Of a stretch of DNA of 64,000 nt, positions 1 through 9,784 are shown one piece after another. The DNA is from Sedimentisphaerales bacterium (GTDB lineage Bacteria; Planctomycetota; Phycisphaerae; Sedimentisphaerales; SM23-30): assembly GCA_963663805.2 (NCBI GenBank), contig CAXXMR010000013.1, positions 384,001 to 448,000 of the forward strand. Reading direction: 5' to 3'. Below the pieces are notes generated by a model. The model was not told where the DNA came from. It saw nothing but the letters and a program-made list of their open reading frames with translations, and ran no database searches. A program made the position numbers and the translations under genes. The stretch's first letter is position 1. Each line of letters starts with the position of its first letter.

Positions 1-552
1 CCAGAAGTAATTCTATCATTTGGGCTTGATTATAGAATATGGCCGCGAACAACGCGGTTTTTCCCTCTCGGTCACGATATTCCGTATGTGCCCCATTTCC
101 AGTAATACCCGCGTCGTCTCCAAATCATTATTATTCACCGCCAGACGCAACGGTGTGAATAAATCATCGTTCTGAGCGTTGATATCAGCCTTCCATTGCA
201 GCAGTGTTTTTACAATATCGACATCCCGCCTTGCCGCCGCGTAATGAAGAGGGGTATTATATTTGGCATCCGGCAAATTTACATTCGCACCCCGAACAAT
301 AAGCAGATTCGCCTGTTCATCCTTGCCGTTCATGATCGCATAAGACAACACACAACGACCTTGTTCGTTAAGCTGGTTAATATCAACCCGGTCAACTATC
401 ATCTGCTCAATAGCCTCATTGTCACCCCGGGCCACCGCTTGATGCAAACTCTGTTGAGGAGCCGACTCGCCCTGAACCGGTCCACATTTAGCCGCACCAA
501 AAATAAAACCAACTGCCAATAACGACAAAAGAACCCCTTTTTGCATTTTCAT
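1..552 (-). CDS. Secreted ankyrin-repeat protein; runs off the left edge, probable -1 frameshift near 91-94
   Basis: Ankyrin motifs (TPLHYAA, TPLRLAV). ATG at 552 with GGAG RBS and a hydrophobic signal peptide. Adding one G at ~91-94 restores another ankyrin repeat (GAHTEYRDREGKTALFAAIFYNQAQMIELLL). Confidence 0.85.
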
Positions 553-648
553 ATTACTCTCCTGCAAAACTTGCCCAAACATAACAAGACCAACGAAACT
601 CTTAAAATACGAGCCTTGATAATACTCATATTCTGTCATCGGGTAAAG

Positions 649-686
649 AAAAACCCCCCGGCGGCGTAAATCCCACAGGGGTTTTT
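649..686 (-). terminator. Probable intrinsic terminator of the GEVED gene
   Basis: aaaaacccc...ggggttttt inverted repeat just downstream of the stop at 709. Confidence 0.55.
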
Positions 687-708
687 GAGTTTCAACTCAC
701 ACTAAGCA

Positions 709-3180
709 TCAGGGACAGGTACTAAGCCATTGAGCTGCCAGAGTAGCGAAATCGAAGAGATTGACGATATCGTCACAGTTCAGGTCGGCACATTCGCTGC
801 ACGAAGTGTCCGGCTCGAAATAGTAATCTTCAGTTTCGCCGTCCGCGTAGCCCGCCGACCGGGCCCGAGCCGCCGTTACCAACCATGCCGGGATTAGAAC
901 CGTCCGTCCAGGGGGTCTGGGCGATGGTGATTCGCATCCAGATATCCCTGGGTAAATCCGGATAGAGGGATGCCAGGGCAGAACCGGCAGCGAAGTAATC
1001 GTATTCAAACCCGGCTGAAGACTGAACAATAACTGATTACGAACCGCCCATTCATTGGCGACACCACGCCGACAGGGAATCTTATCATCCCAGTCGCCGT
1101 CACGGTTCCAGTCGAACCAGGCATTTACATACCAGATACAGTCAGGAGCACCAACACCGACATTAACGGTATAATCGAAAGTTACGAAACGGCACTTAGG
1201 CAGGTTCAGGGGAACCGCAACGCCGTCGTCGGCACCGTCGAGGTCAGCGATATTTGCCATCGGGTCGATATTATTGACAATATCAGCGTCAGGACCAAAA
1301 TCAGCTTCGGATTCGGCACTAACCAGCGGGCCCAAAGTTACCGTCGACGCCAAATGCAGCGGGCCATAAGGTGACAGGCCGGAACCAATGTAAGTACTGG
1401 GGAAGTTCGCCTGAGTACCAACGGGGTAGGCCGTCATGGTCGTGCCGAAGTTATTGGTTGAATCAGGAGCGTCACCCAGGTCATATCCGGGCTCGAAATC
1501 CTCGATAACAACCATATAGTCTTCAACTTCACCGTCGGCCAACTCGCCATCATAACTTATAATGCTTTTATTCGTGGTAAACCGGAATCGGGCATAGGTC
1601 TGCAAACCAACCGTAGCAGTCGAGGGCACCAGGGTAGTCAGCAAAGAAGTGCCGGCGTTAAGCGGATAGGACGTAAAAATCTTTTCGCCCGCGTCCGCCC
1701 AGCTGCCGTTGCCGTTATAATCAATCCAGGCACTGAGATAACCCGGCGCCGAAGCGGTAACGTTGATAGCTGCCATCATGCCCGGCGTAAACGGCGTGGC
1801 AAAAGTAACCCCGTCTTCGTCATACAAACCACTAAAGTCGTCGCCCAAAGCACCTGGGCTGGGTTGACCATCCGGCTCGATGTCAATTATGTTTCCCAAC
1901 GCTATACTCGCAACAGCGATATGCCGGGCACCATTGCTCGCCAGCAAAGTCGGATATGATGGGTCGGGAGCATCGCCAAAATCATAAATAGGTTCCGGCA
2001 CTTCGATAACAATACCGTAGTCTTCAACTTCACCGTCAGCGACCAGACCCGTATAACTCATGATTACCGAACCTGTCGTGAAGCGGAAACGCGCGAAAGT
2101 CTGCAAACCCATCGGCGTCGAGGCCGGCACCGCGAAAGTCAGGTTATTCAACCCGGCAGTCACCGGAATCATGGAGAATATCATCTCGCCGGCACCAGCC
2201 CAGTCGCCGCTGCCGTCAAAGTCAATCCACGCACTCAGGAAACCATCTATCGAAACAATCACATCAACAGTCGCAATCTGGCCGGGCAGCATAGGAGATG
2301 TAAAGAAAACACCGTCCTCATCCGGCAAAAAGGCCAGATCGTCGCCGGTAGCTGAACCGTTCGGCTGACCATCAAACTCACTATCAATCAGACTACCCAT
2401 ATAAACACCGGGCACGATGACGTGACAGGCACCGTTATTAGCCGATAAAGTCGGATAAGGCCCATCAGGGGCGTCACCATAATCCATTTCATCCGTGGCA
2501 CCGTCATTAGTTATCACAAACGCCAGGTCGAGATTTGTCTCATGAATCGGGTCATATATCGGTATCCACATTCCGGCAAAATAAACCACAGCTGTATCAT
2601 TGAAATTCTTGTCGGCTTCTTTCCAGCCGACAAAAGGCTGGTCCATAAAAGAAATAACCAGCCAGTAAATTGTGCCCTCTTCCTGAATAAACGGGTCTGC
2701 GATATTAGTGATACTTATCTGCTGCCAAATATTATGGTCAATCAAATTGTACTCCCAGGAAGTGGGGTCCAACCAGCCCTGTTCATCCAGAGGCTGGTCA
2801 CAAATTTCATATTCACCGGGACTAAACGTCCTGGTCCAAAGCTGTTGGCCGGGCATACTATAATCCGCAGCCTGACCGGCGGGAATATCCGAGTAAATTG
2901 ATACCGTAAACGGATAGATATTATTCGGGCCGGGATAATTATTCTGCTTCCAGGAAACCCAGAAATGAATATCCGTGATGGGGCCGCTTTCGGTACACCG
3001 AAAATCATCACCGAGTTGGTTTATGTCGAACTCCACGTCCCAACCGCCCGACTTGGGTGTTTGGGCATAGTGCATCTTGTGTGGGTCGCCTTCCTGCCAG
3101 CCGCACTGCCCCTGAACCGCGGCCGAAACCGCCAGCAAGACAGACAACACAACAACCACTGTCGATAGTCTGGTTTTCAT
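709..3180 (-). CDS. Secreted GEVED-repeat protein with C-terminal dockerin-like tail
   Basis: Signal peptide; three D(Y/F/L)GDAP...GE(V/T)EDY modules; C-terminal CADLNCDDIVNLFDFATLAAQWL dockerin/EF-hand-like motif. Confidence 0.85.
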   Translation of the reverse strand: MKTRLSTVVVVLSVLLAVSAAVQGQCGWQEGDPHKMHYAQTPKSGGWDVEFDINQLGDDFRCTESGPITDIHFWVSWKQNNYPGPNNIYPFTVSIYSDIPAGQAADYSMPGQQLWTRTFSPGEYEICDQPLDEQGWLDPTSWEYNLIDHNIWQQISITNIADPFIQEEGTIYWLVISFMDQPFVGWKEADKNFNDTAVVYFAGMWIPIYDPIHETNLDLAFVITNDGATDEMDYGDAPDGPYPTLSANNGACHVIVPGVYMGSLIDSEFDGQPNGSATGDDLAFLPDEDGVFFTSPMLPGQIATVDVIVSIDGFLSAWIDFDGSGDWAGAGEMIFSMIPVTAGLNNLTFAVPASTPMGLQTFARFRFTTGSVIMSYTGLVADGEVEDYGIVIEVPEPIYDFGDAPDPSYPTLLASNGARHIAVASIALGNIIDIEPDGQPSPGALGDDFSGLYDEDGVTFATPFTPGMMAAINVTASAPGYLSAWIDYNGNGSWADAGEKIFTSYPLNAGTSLLTTLVPSTATVGLQTYARFRFTTNKSIISYDGELADGEVEDYMVVIEDFEPGYDLGDAPDSTNNFGTTMTAYPVGTQANFPSTYIGSGLSPYGPLHLASTVTLGPLVSAESEADFGPDADIVNNIDPMANIADLDGADDGVAVPLNLPKCRFVTFDYTVNVGVGAPDCIWYVNAWFDWNRDGDWDDKIPCRRGVANEWAVRNQLLFSLQPGLNTITSLPVLPWHPSIRIYPGISGCESPSPRPPGRTVLIPAWLVTAARARSAGYADGETEDYYFEPDTSCSECADLNCDDIVNLFDFATLAAQWLSTCP

Positions 3181-3331
3181 AACTGTATCTCCAAAAATAA
3201 AATAAGGTTAATATTCTGCCGCTGATGTAAATCAGCATCGTTTATTAAGCATAAGATACTTAAAGCAAAGAACTTAGACAACCAAACAGGGCCTGCGATA
3301 CGCATTGCCCGACCGAAAACCTAACATACGT

Positions 3332-3360
3332 ATCATAAACCGCCTGACATTCAATGTCAA
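3332..3360 (-). promoter_or_regulatory. sigma70-type promoter with a palindrome overlapping the -35
   Basis: Minus strand TTGACA-17-TATGAT; perfect palindrome TGACATT-C-AATGTCA at 3345-3359. Confidence 0.6.
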
Positions 3361-3379
3361 CCGTTAATAACAAATTCTC

Positions 3380-3420
3380 AAAAAACAGGTGCCTCCTCTG
3401 TGGGTAAGAGGAAGCACCTG
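3380..3420 (-). terminator. Intrinsic terminator of the beta-propeller gene
   Basis: caggtgcctcctct/agaggaagcacctg stem followed by a U-tract on the minus strand. Confidence 0.7.
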
Positions 3421-3477
3421 ATTATCTGCGGCTAAACATTTCTGTTGTCGTTGTTTAGGATTTTCAGTTTATCTGCT

Positions 3478-6400
3478 TCAGGGACAAATATTATCATCCA
3501 CCAAACCGCATTCCAGCCAACTGCTGGCCATCAACGCGAAATCGACCAGATTGACCACACAATCACCATCAACATCACCTGCCGGACGCACGCAGTCTAT
3601 ATCGCGGGCAAACAGAGCATAACGACCCACGCTGCCGCTTTCGCCGGCCAGACGAACCTGATAATCACTGTCCGCATCGAGCAGCAAATTCAGGCTGGTA
3701 TTGGAAGTACAGCCTAATTCCTGGCCCTCATGACTGAAGACGCTCATAATCGGATTAGTCATCCCGGTCTCAACTTCAAAATTCCACCAACCCTTTTCAT
3801 CGACATGAATGGAATGCCAGACATCAGCTGTATCGCCCACGCCGCAGGAAGAAACATCCGTCCCCTGAGCGAAAAACGTCGAACCGCGATAGCAACTGCT
3901 GCCGTCAAGCCGTACCCCGTAAGGCTGCCGGTCCATATCGCACCACAGCTCCCGCCAACACAAATTATAATCTTGAGACATCCAGCAAACCACATTGCCA
4001 TCAATATCGCCCCACCAGCGATTATTAGTTTGAACATCATCCGAACAAATATCAATGGGTAGCTGACCTTTCAGCCAACTCAAATTCAGTCGATAATCAT
4101 CATTCATACAGACAACCAAATCACCGCTGATACGCGGACAACGCTCATAGCTCGGATAAGAATCGGATGTCATAACCCCTTCGTCACCCGTACTCAGATT
4201 ATACGTCATGATACGTTCATCACCTCGCGTATCCTGCCATACCACTATGTCACCGGAAATATCCGGGTAGAGCTTGTTATATCCATCACTGTCAATATGA
4301 ACCTCGCGACCATCTTCAGTGTTGTAGCAATAAAAATCAACCGGGCCGATAGCGTTCTGATAAACCACCGTCCAGTCGCCTTCTGTTTCGGTATAAACCC
4401 GGTCAGGCGTGAGACCGTAGGGCAGGGTTCTGACCAGAGTTTTCTGCTGCGCCAGAACATCATAAACATATACCAATGTCTGATTACCACTGTTTGTTTG
4501 ACTCAACCAGACAACCTTGTACCCGTCAATCGAAGGTGCCATCTGTTCAAGCTCATCGTCGCAAATAGTCGTCTGCGTCGCACTGCTCAGGTCATACATA
4601 AAAATATCCATCCCCTGCATCCCATAGTCACTCCAGACCACGCGATTGCCGGAAATGTCATACTGAAGGTAAGGATAAGAGCCGTTTGTCTGAGCAATCA
4701 CAATGGAAACCCCGGTGTTAATATCCAATACTTTTAACTCACCCTGCTCCAGATATACGATATGACAACCATCAATCTTCGGGCCCGGCCTGTCGATCTG
4801 ACCCATACCGGGCTCGAACAGAAAGCTTTGTGTATTGACACGCAGGTCCAGACCTTTGATGATAAAGTCACTGTTTATGTATGCACACCAGAAAAGATTA
4901 TCGCCACGCACCACAAAATCACGGTAAGGACCGTACTGTTCTGCCCCGGTAACAATATCCTGAGAGGTCGCCAAATCCCTGCCGCGAATCTCAAAAATCG
5001 GAGAGCTTAGTTCGTTGTACCAAAAAACTCGGCTGCCATCGATAATCGGATGTCTTTGTACGCCCGGAACAACTTCTATATCCATCGCGGTGTGGCTGGC
5101 CATATTATAACCCAAAATGTCGTCATTTTCCGACCAGACCAGCAAATCGCCTTCGCAATCTACGTCCAGACGCCAGCCAGCGTAGAACGGCTCAAAATTA
5201 TTTAGAGCGTATTTACTGCCGCCGGACAAATCACCCACATACACAACCGCAGCGCTGTTGCCAAAACTCCGCCAGACTACAAAACTATCACTGGTTGCTA
5301 TCGGCTCCGGCTGTTCTATTTCCAAAGGAGACGACGAATAATGAACCGTGGTCTTAACCTGAGTATCTAAATCATAAGCATAAACATAAAACTCCGGCGG
5401 ATTACCCGAAACCGAAACCTGCTCCGACCAGAACAGCATTTTCTCATCGCCCAGCATAACATAAGGCGGATAGCCCGGACTGGACGCGTCGGTCACAACC
5501 GCCGTTGTTGTATCTGCACCAATATTATAAACCTGAATAACATAAGGCATAGAACTTACATCAGCCCAGGCCGCATAATAACCATTCTGAACCGATTCAG
5601 CCGGAAAATCGTGGTCCGGCTGACCGATTACTGACTGAACATGATTAGCCGAACCATAAATATTTAATTCATAATTATCAAGCCAGAAAAGCTGACCGTC
5701 CCGCGAAGTTAAATCAATCTGAGCATTTATGTCGCGAACGGAAATTTCGTACTCACTATCCTCCAGACGGAGCAGCGAAGCATAAGTGATTTCCAACTCG
5801 CCGTCATAATCCTTATCCGCCAGCCACACCATTATATTACCATCGCAGGCCGGCAGATAATCGTAAGACGGACCATTATAATTCCACTCCAATAGCCTTT
5901 TCGAACGAAGATCATAAGCCTTCATCTGCCCGCCGTACTGCCAGCAAAGAAAACCTTCCATCAGTTTCGGATACGGAATAGTGCCCAACGGACTATTAAC
6001 ATTTTCAATAATGATTTCCTGTTGAGTAGTCAGATCATAGCCGTAAACCTGATCAGAGTGGGCACGAGTATCCTGCCAGACAATCAGATCGCCACAAATT
6101 TTAGGCCCGTTTTGCTCAGAACTGTCATCGGTACAAATCGCCAGTTCGGTTTGAGTGGCCAGATTATAGCCGTAAACATCTACAGTGCTGTTGCGAGTGT
6201 CGCTCCAGACTATAATGTCACCGCTTATCTCAAGATCATTCTGAACATGTTCAGCCGAATGAATCACCAGTGGCAATTGAGCAGACATATCATACCCCAC
6301 AATCGCAGGCTGCCCCATACCGTTATCACCCAGCCAGATAACCAAATCACCGCTTATCGCAAATTTGAGAGGTGGGTAATAAAAATTAAAAACTCTCGTC

Positions 6401-6726
6401 TCAATATTCGTCTGCCGGTCCAGAACCCATAGCCCCGGCCCGGAAGGACGCCCGTCCATCCAGGCCACATAGCGACCATCCTCGCTTATCGCCGGATTCA
6501 ACTGAGGCACATTATCGCCATTGCTGTCATCGCAGATAGTCAGCAACTGCTCCGTAACAGTGTCATAACCGTAAATATTCCCAGGGGCACCATCGACTTC
6601 CTGCCAGACAATAACCCCGCCGCCAACTGCCGGATAGTAAATATCCCCATAACGCTCAACACTACTCAATGCCCAGCTGACAGAACTCAGTAGCAGGCCC
6701 ACCAGAAAAGTTACACAGATTCTCAT
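3478..6726 (-). CDS. Secreted beta-propeller repeat protein (Methanosarcina surface-protein-type repeats) with C-terminal dockerin-like domain
   Basis: Signal peptide; many (P)xI(S/D)GDxVVWxDxR...DIYxYDL repeats; C-terminal GDVDGDCVVNLVDFALMASSWLEC. Confidence 0.85.
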   Translation of the reverse strand: MRICVTFLVGLLLSSVSWALSSVERYGDIYYPAVGGGVIVWQEVDGAPGNIYGYDTVTEQLLTICDDSNGDNVPQLNPAISEDGRYVAWMDGRPSGPGLWVLDRQTNIETRVFNFYYPPLKFAISGDLVIWLGDNGMGQPAIVGYDMSAQLPLVIHSAEHVQNDLEISGDIIVWSDTRNSTVDVYGYNLATQTELAICTDDSSEQNGPKICGDLIVWQDTRAHSDQVYGYDLTTQQEIIIENVNSPLGTIPYPKLMEGFLCWQYGGQMKAYDLRSKRLLEWNYNGPSYDYLPACDGNIMVWLADKDYDGELEITYASLLRLEDSEYEISVRDINAQIDLTSRDGQLFWLDNYELNIYGSANHVQSVIGQPDHDFPAESVQNGYYAAWADVSSMPYVIQVYNIGADTTTAVVTDASSPGYPPYVMLGDEKMLFWSEQVSVSGNPPEFYVYAYDLDTQVKTTVHYSSSPLEIEQPEPIATSDSFVVWRSFGNSAAVVYVGDLSGGSKYALNNFEPFYAGWRLDVDCEGDLLVWSENDDILGYNMASHTAMDIEVVPGVQRHPIIDGSRVFWYNELSSPIFEIRGRDLATSQDIVTGAEQYGPYRDFVVRGDNLFWCAYINSDFIIKGLDLRVNTQSFLFEPGMGQIDRPGPKIDGCHIVYLEQGELKVLDINTGVSIVIAQTNGSYPYLQYDISGNRVVWSDYGMQGMDIFMYDLSSATQTTICDDELEQMAPSIDGYKVVWLSQTNSGNQTLVYVYDVLAQQKTLVRTLPYGLTPDRVYTETEGDWTVVYQNAIGPVDFYCYNTEDGREVHIDSDGYNKLYPDISGDIVVWQDTRGDERIMTYNLSTGDEGVMTSDSYPSYERCPRISGDLVVCMNDDYRLNLSWLKGQLPIDICSDDVQTNNRWWGDIDGNVVCWMSQDYNLCWRELWCDMDRQPYGVRLDGSSCYRGSTFFAQGTDVSSCGVGDTADVWHSIHVDEKGWWNFEVETGMTNPIMSVFSHEGQELGCTSNTSLNLLLDADSDYQVRLAGESGSVGRYALFARDIDCVRPAGDVDGDCVVNLVDFALMASSWLECGLVDDNICP

Positions 6727-7045
6727 TTTAGTTTTCTCCTTTTTCTCGATTGCCTTGAACTCAACAAAAACGAGCGTTCAAAATACCAAATCACACCCCA
6801 TTTTACCAGAATAATCTCTACAATCCCTGCAATTTACCATAAACACCTCCCGCCCTCGACCTGCCGCCATATTAGCGATTTACCATAGGGATATATTTAA
6901 CAATGAGTTACGCTCGCCAGACTTCTTGCCCTCCCTATATTCTGCCAGCCTGTCCACAACAATAAAATTGACTTTTTCAAATCTAAACTTGAATTTCATA
7001 ATTACTTTTGTCATAATGCTGAACGTCCGTAATGAGGCCAGGAAA

Positions 7046-8401
7046 ATGCTAAAAAAATCGTCCCCTGTTTATGGTATTACATTGTTGTCAAACATTATTC
7101 TCGCACTTTGTTCAATAAGTCGTGCGGAAATAAGCTGGTCAGGAGATATTGACCCCGCCGACCCAACAACCTGGCGTTTCAGTTATGGCACAGGCCAATA
7201 CATCGGCAAAACCGGCAGCGGTATATTGAACATAACTAACGGCAGTAACGTCGCCGGCAGCAGAGGCATTACAGGATACGAATCTGCCGCTCAGGGCGAA
7301 GTAAACATAACTGGAAACGGCTCATTCTGGAATTGCAGCGAAGATAATATTATTGGCTGGTATGGCAACGGCGCGGTGAATATCAATAATGGCGGTAAGC
7401 TGGCCAATGAAATATCACGCATAGCCTACCAAACCGGCTCTACTGGAACGGTTACGGTGAGTGGTATCGGCTCAACCTGGACCTGCACCGGAAAAATCTT
7501 TGAACATTGGAACCTGGTAGTCGGAGAAAACGGGGACGGTACTCTAAACATAACTAATGGCGGAGAGGTTATATGTAACAGCCAGGGAGGTGGAATCTCG
7601 CACCATACCCATGTCGCTGCCGGTAGCAACGCAAAAGGACTGATAAATATTGATGGAGCCGGTTCCAGATTAACTGCCAGCGAAGACCTTCACATTGCAA
7701 GTGGAGGCAATGGCGAACTGAATATCAAAAACGGCGGCATGGCATCTTCCGCGGCAAATTGCTGGATTGGTACACATGCCGGTTCTAACGGAAAAACAAC
7801 GGTCCAGGGCACTGGTTCAGTTTTGCAGACCAACGAATGTTTTGCCGTTGGATGGTACGGAACCGGCACTTTAGAAATCACCGATGGCGGACTGGTTACA
7901 GCACCATATAACTATATTGGCAACTGGAATGGACTTAAAAGCCAGGTAGTTGTCGATGGCGAAGGCTCCACCTGGAATTGCTCAGATCTTAGCGTTGGCT
8001 TTTCCGGCCAAGGCACATTGGAAATTACTAACCGTGGATTGGTCATAGCGAATATCTTAAAAATTGACAAGAACTTCGAAGGCGGCAACGACTCAGTTAA
8101 TATCTCCAGCAGCGGCATGTTAGCCCTGAAAGGCAATACCGCAGATTCAATCACCAACTTCCTTAGCCAGATACAAGGAACAGATGCAATCAATTTCTGG
8201 GACAACTCGCTAGGTGATTGGTCTCATATTTCCAATGCGACTTATAACGACAACTATACTCTGCAATATCTTGCCAAAGGCGACCTGGCCGGCTATACTG
8301 TTCTTGCAGTCGTTCCCGAACCGGTATCGGCACTCCTGCTGCTGTTTGGTAGCCTGACAGCCGTACGACGGCACATAAAATACGCTGATCGTCTGGACTG
8401 A
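7046..8401 (+). CDS. PEP-CTERM surface protein with T5SS/PEP-CTERM-associated repeats
   Basis: Repeated GxxGxGxLxIxNGG...VxGxGSxW units; C-terminal VPEP + hydrophobic stretch + RR. Start at ATG 7046 chosen for the signal peptide. Confidence 0.85.
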   Translation: MLKKSSPVYGITLLSNIILALCSISRAEISWSGDIDPADPTTWRFSYGTGQYIGKTGSGILNITNGSNVAGSRGITGYESAAQGEVNITGNGSFWNCSEDNIIGWYGNGAVNINNGGKLANEISRIAYQTGSTGTVTVSGIGSTWTCTGKIFEHWNLVVGENGDGTLNITNGGEVICNSQGGGISHHTHVAAGSNAKGLINIDGAGSRLTASEDLHIASGGNGELNIKNGGMASSAANCWIGTHAGSNGKTTVQGTGSVLQTNECFAVGWYGTGTLEITDGGLVTAPYNYIGNWNGLKSQVVVDGEGSTWNCSDLSVGFSGQGTLEITNRGLVIANILKIDKNFEGGNDSVNISSSGMLALKGNTADSITNFLSQIQGTDAINFWDNSLGDWSHISNATYNDNYTLQYLAKGDLAGYTVLAVVPEPVSALLLLFGSLTAVRRHIKYADRLD

Positions 8402-8548
8402 GGCGCCGGCGCATTTACACGTTATACCGCCCGCTTCTGCCGTAATTCACCCGTCCAGACAGTCCAGTAAGTCCACAATGTCCATTCTGCATTATTATAT
8501 TGCCCCACCCACATCGCCTTGATACTTTAATCGTAGCGAGAACCAATT

Positions 8549-9592
8549 ATGAAAGTTGCTCAGATAATCGATACTAACCTGAACGCGCCCGGCGGCGTGG
8601 AGAAACACATCCTGCGTCTGTCCGAATCCCTGCGTCGGCTCGGCCCGGAGGTCGATGTCTTTGGCCGGGAATCCCAAAGCGGCTCGGAAAATTACCTCGA
8701 CCTGAAAAACTTCCAGCCCCAAAGCTACGACATCATCCACACCCACAGCGACTTCATCTCCCGCGAGATGCTCCGCGGCGTATTCAAACGCCCCCATAAT
8801 CAAAAAAGAGTTCACACCCTACACGGCCTGGGCCTGACTTACCTCTTCGCCTGCAAAACCTGGCTCAACTATCGCTGCTACACCTCCATGCTCGTAAACC
8901 GATTCTGGTCCCAACGCGCCGACGCCGTCATCACCGTCAGCAGCGAAATGGCCCAACAAGCCCAACGCTGGTTCGGCATCAGCCCCGAAAAAATCAATGT
9001 CGTTGCCAACGGCTATACTCCCCTGCCCTCCAACGCTGTTTCACGCGAACAAACCCGTCAGCGTTTCAGCCTCGCCGCCGACCATCTCGTCCTGCTCTTT
9101 GTCGGCCGCGGACTCGACCGCGTCAAAGGCAGTCAAACTATCCAGAAGGCCCTTGACCAACTGTACCCCAACTTCCCCCACCTGCGTCTGCTCGCTGCCC
9201 CCGGCGACGGGTTCGACCCCCGCCCCTGGCTCATACCCACCGGCCTGCTGAACCACAGCGAAGTCTATCAGTGCTATCTCGCCGCCGACATCTTCGTCAA
9301 CGCTTCGCTCACCGAAGGTATGCCCCTGACCCTGCTCGACGCCCTCGCCGCCGGCTTAGCTATCGTCGCCGCACCCGTCGGCGGCATCGCCGAAACCATC
9401 CAACCCAATCAGACCGGCCTGCTGCTCAACCCTCAGCGTTCCAATCTCGCCGAACAAATCAAACTCCTCATCGAAAACCCAACCCTCCGCCAAAGTCTCG
9501 CCAGCGAAGCCAAAAAACTTTCAGCAAAATTCACCTGGGAAAATACCGCCCAAAACACCTTGAAAATCTACCAAAAAGCTAAAAAAAGCTAA
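8549..9592 (+). CDS. Glycosyltransferase family 4 (GT-B fold)
   Basis: GGVEKH N-terminal motif; EGMPLTLLDALAAG and PVGGIAE C-terminal motifs. Confidence 0.9.
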   Translation: MKVAQIIDTNLNAPGGVEKHILRLSESLRRLGPEVDVFGRESQSGSENYLDLKNFQPQSYDIIHTHSDFISREMLRGVFKRPHNQKRVHTLHGLGLTYLFACKTWLNYRCYTSMLVNRFWSQRADAVITVSSEMAQQAQRWFGISPEKINVVANGYTPLPSNAVSREQTRQRFSLAADHLVLLFVGRGLDRVKGSQTIQKALDQLYPNFPHLRLLAAPGDGFDPRPWLIPTGLLNHSEVYQCYLAADIFVNASLTEGMPLTLLDALAAGLAIVAAPVGGIAETIQPNQTGLLLNPQRSNLAEQIKLLIENPTLRQSLASEAKKLSAKFTWENTAQNTLKIYQKAKKS

Positions 9593-9666
9593 AAAAACTC
9601 AAAAAAAACGTCAAAAAACGGCCTCTTTAGTCAGAAATGCGCTCAGTTGGAAGCCGATTTTTTTAT

Positions 9667-9717
9667 TGCAAACGATTGCGAAAACTGCTTGACTCACACC
9701 CCTAAATTAATTATAAG
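9667..9717 (+). promoter_or_regulatory. LacI-family-like operator plus sigma70 promoter of the aldolase gene
   Basis: TGCAAACGATTGCG (9667-9680), then TTGACT-17-TATAAG (9689-9717). Confidence 0.5.
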
Positions 9718-9784
9718 TAGATAAGTACGGCAAATAAGGTTTACAGCCGACATTATATGTAGATACCCGGAAAGGAAATCAGAA

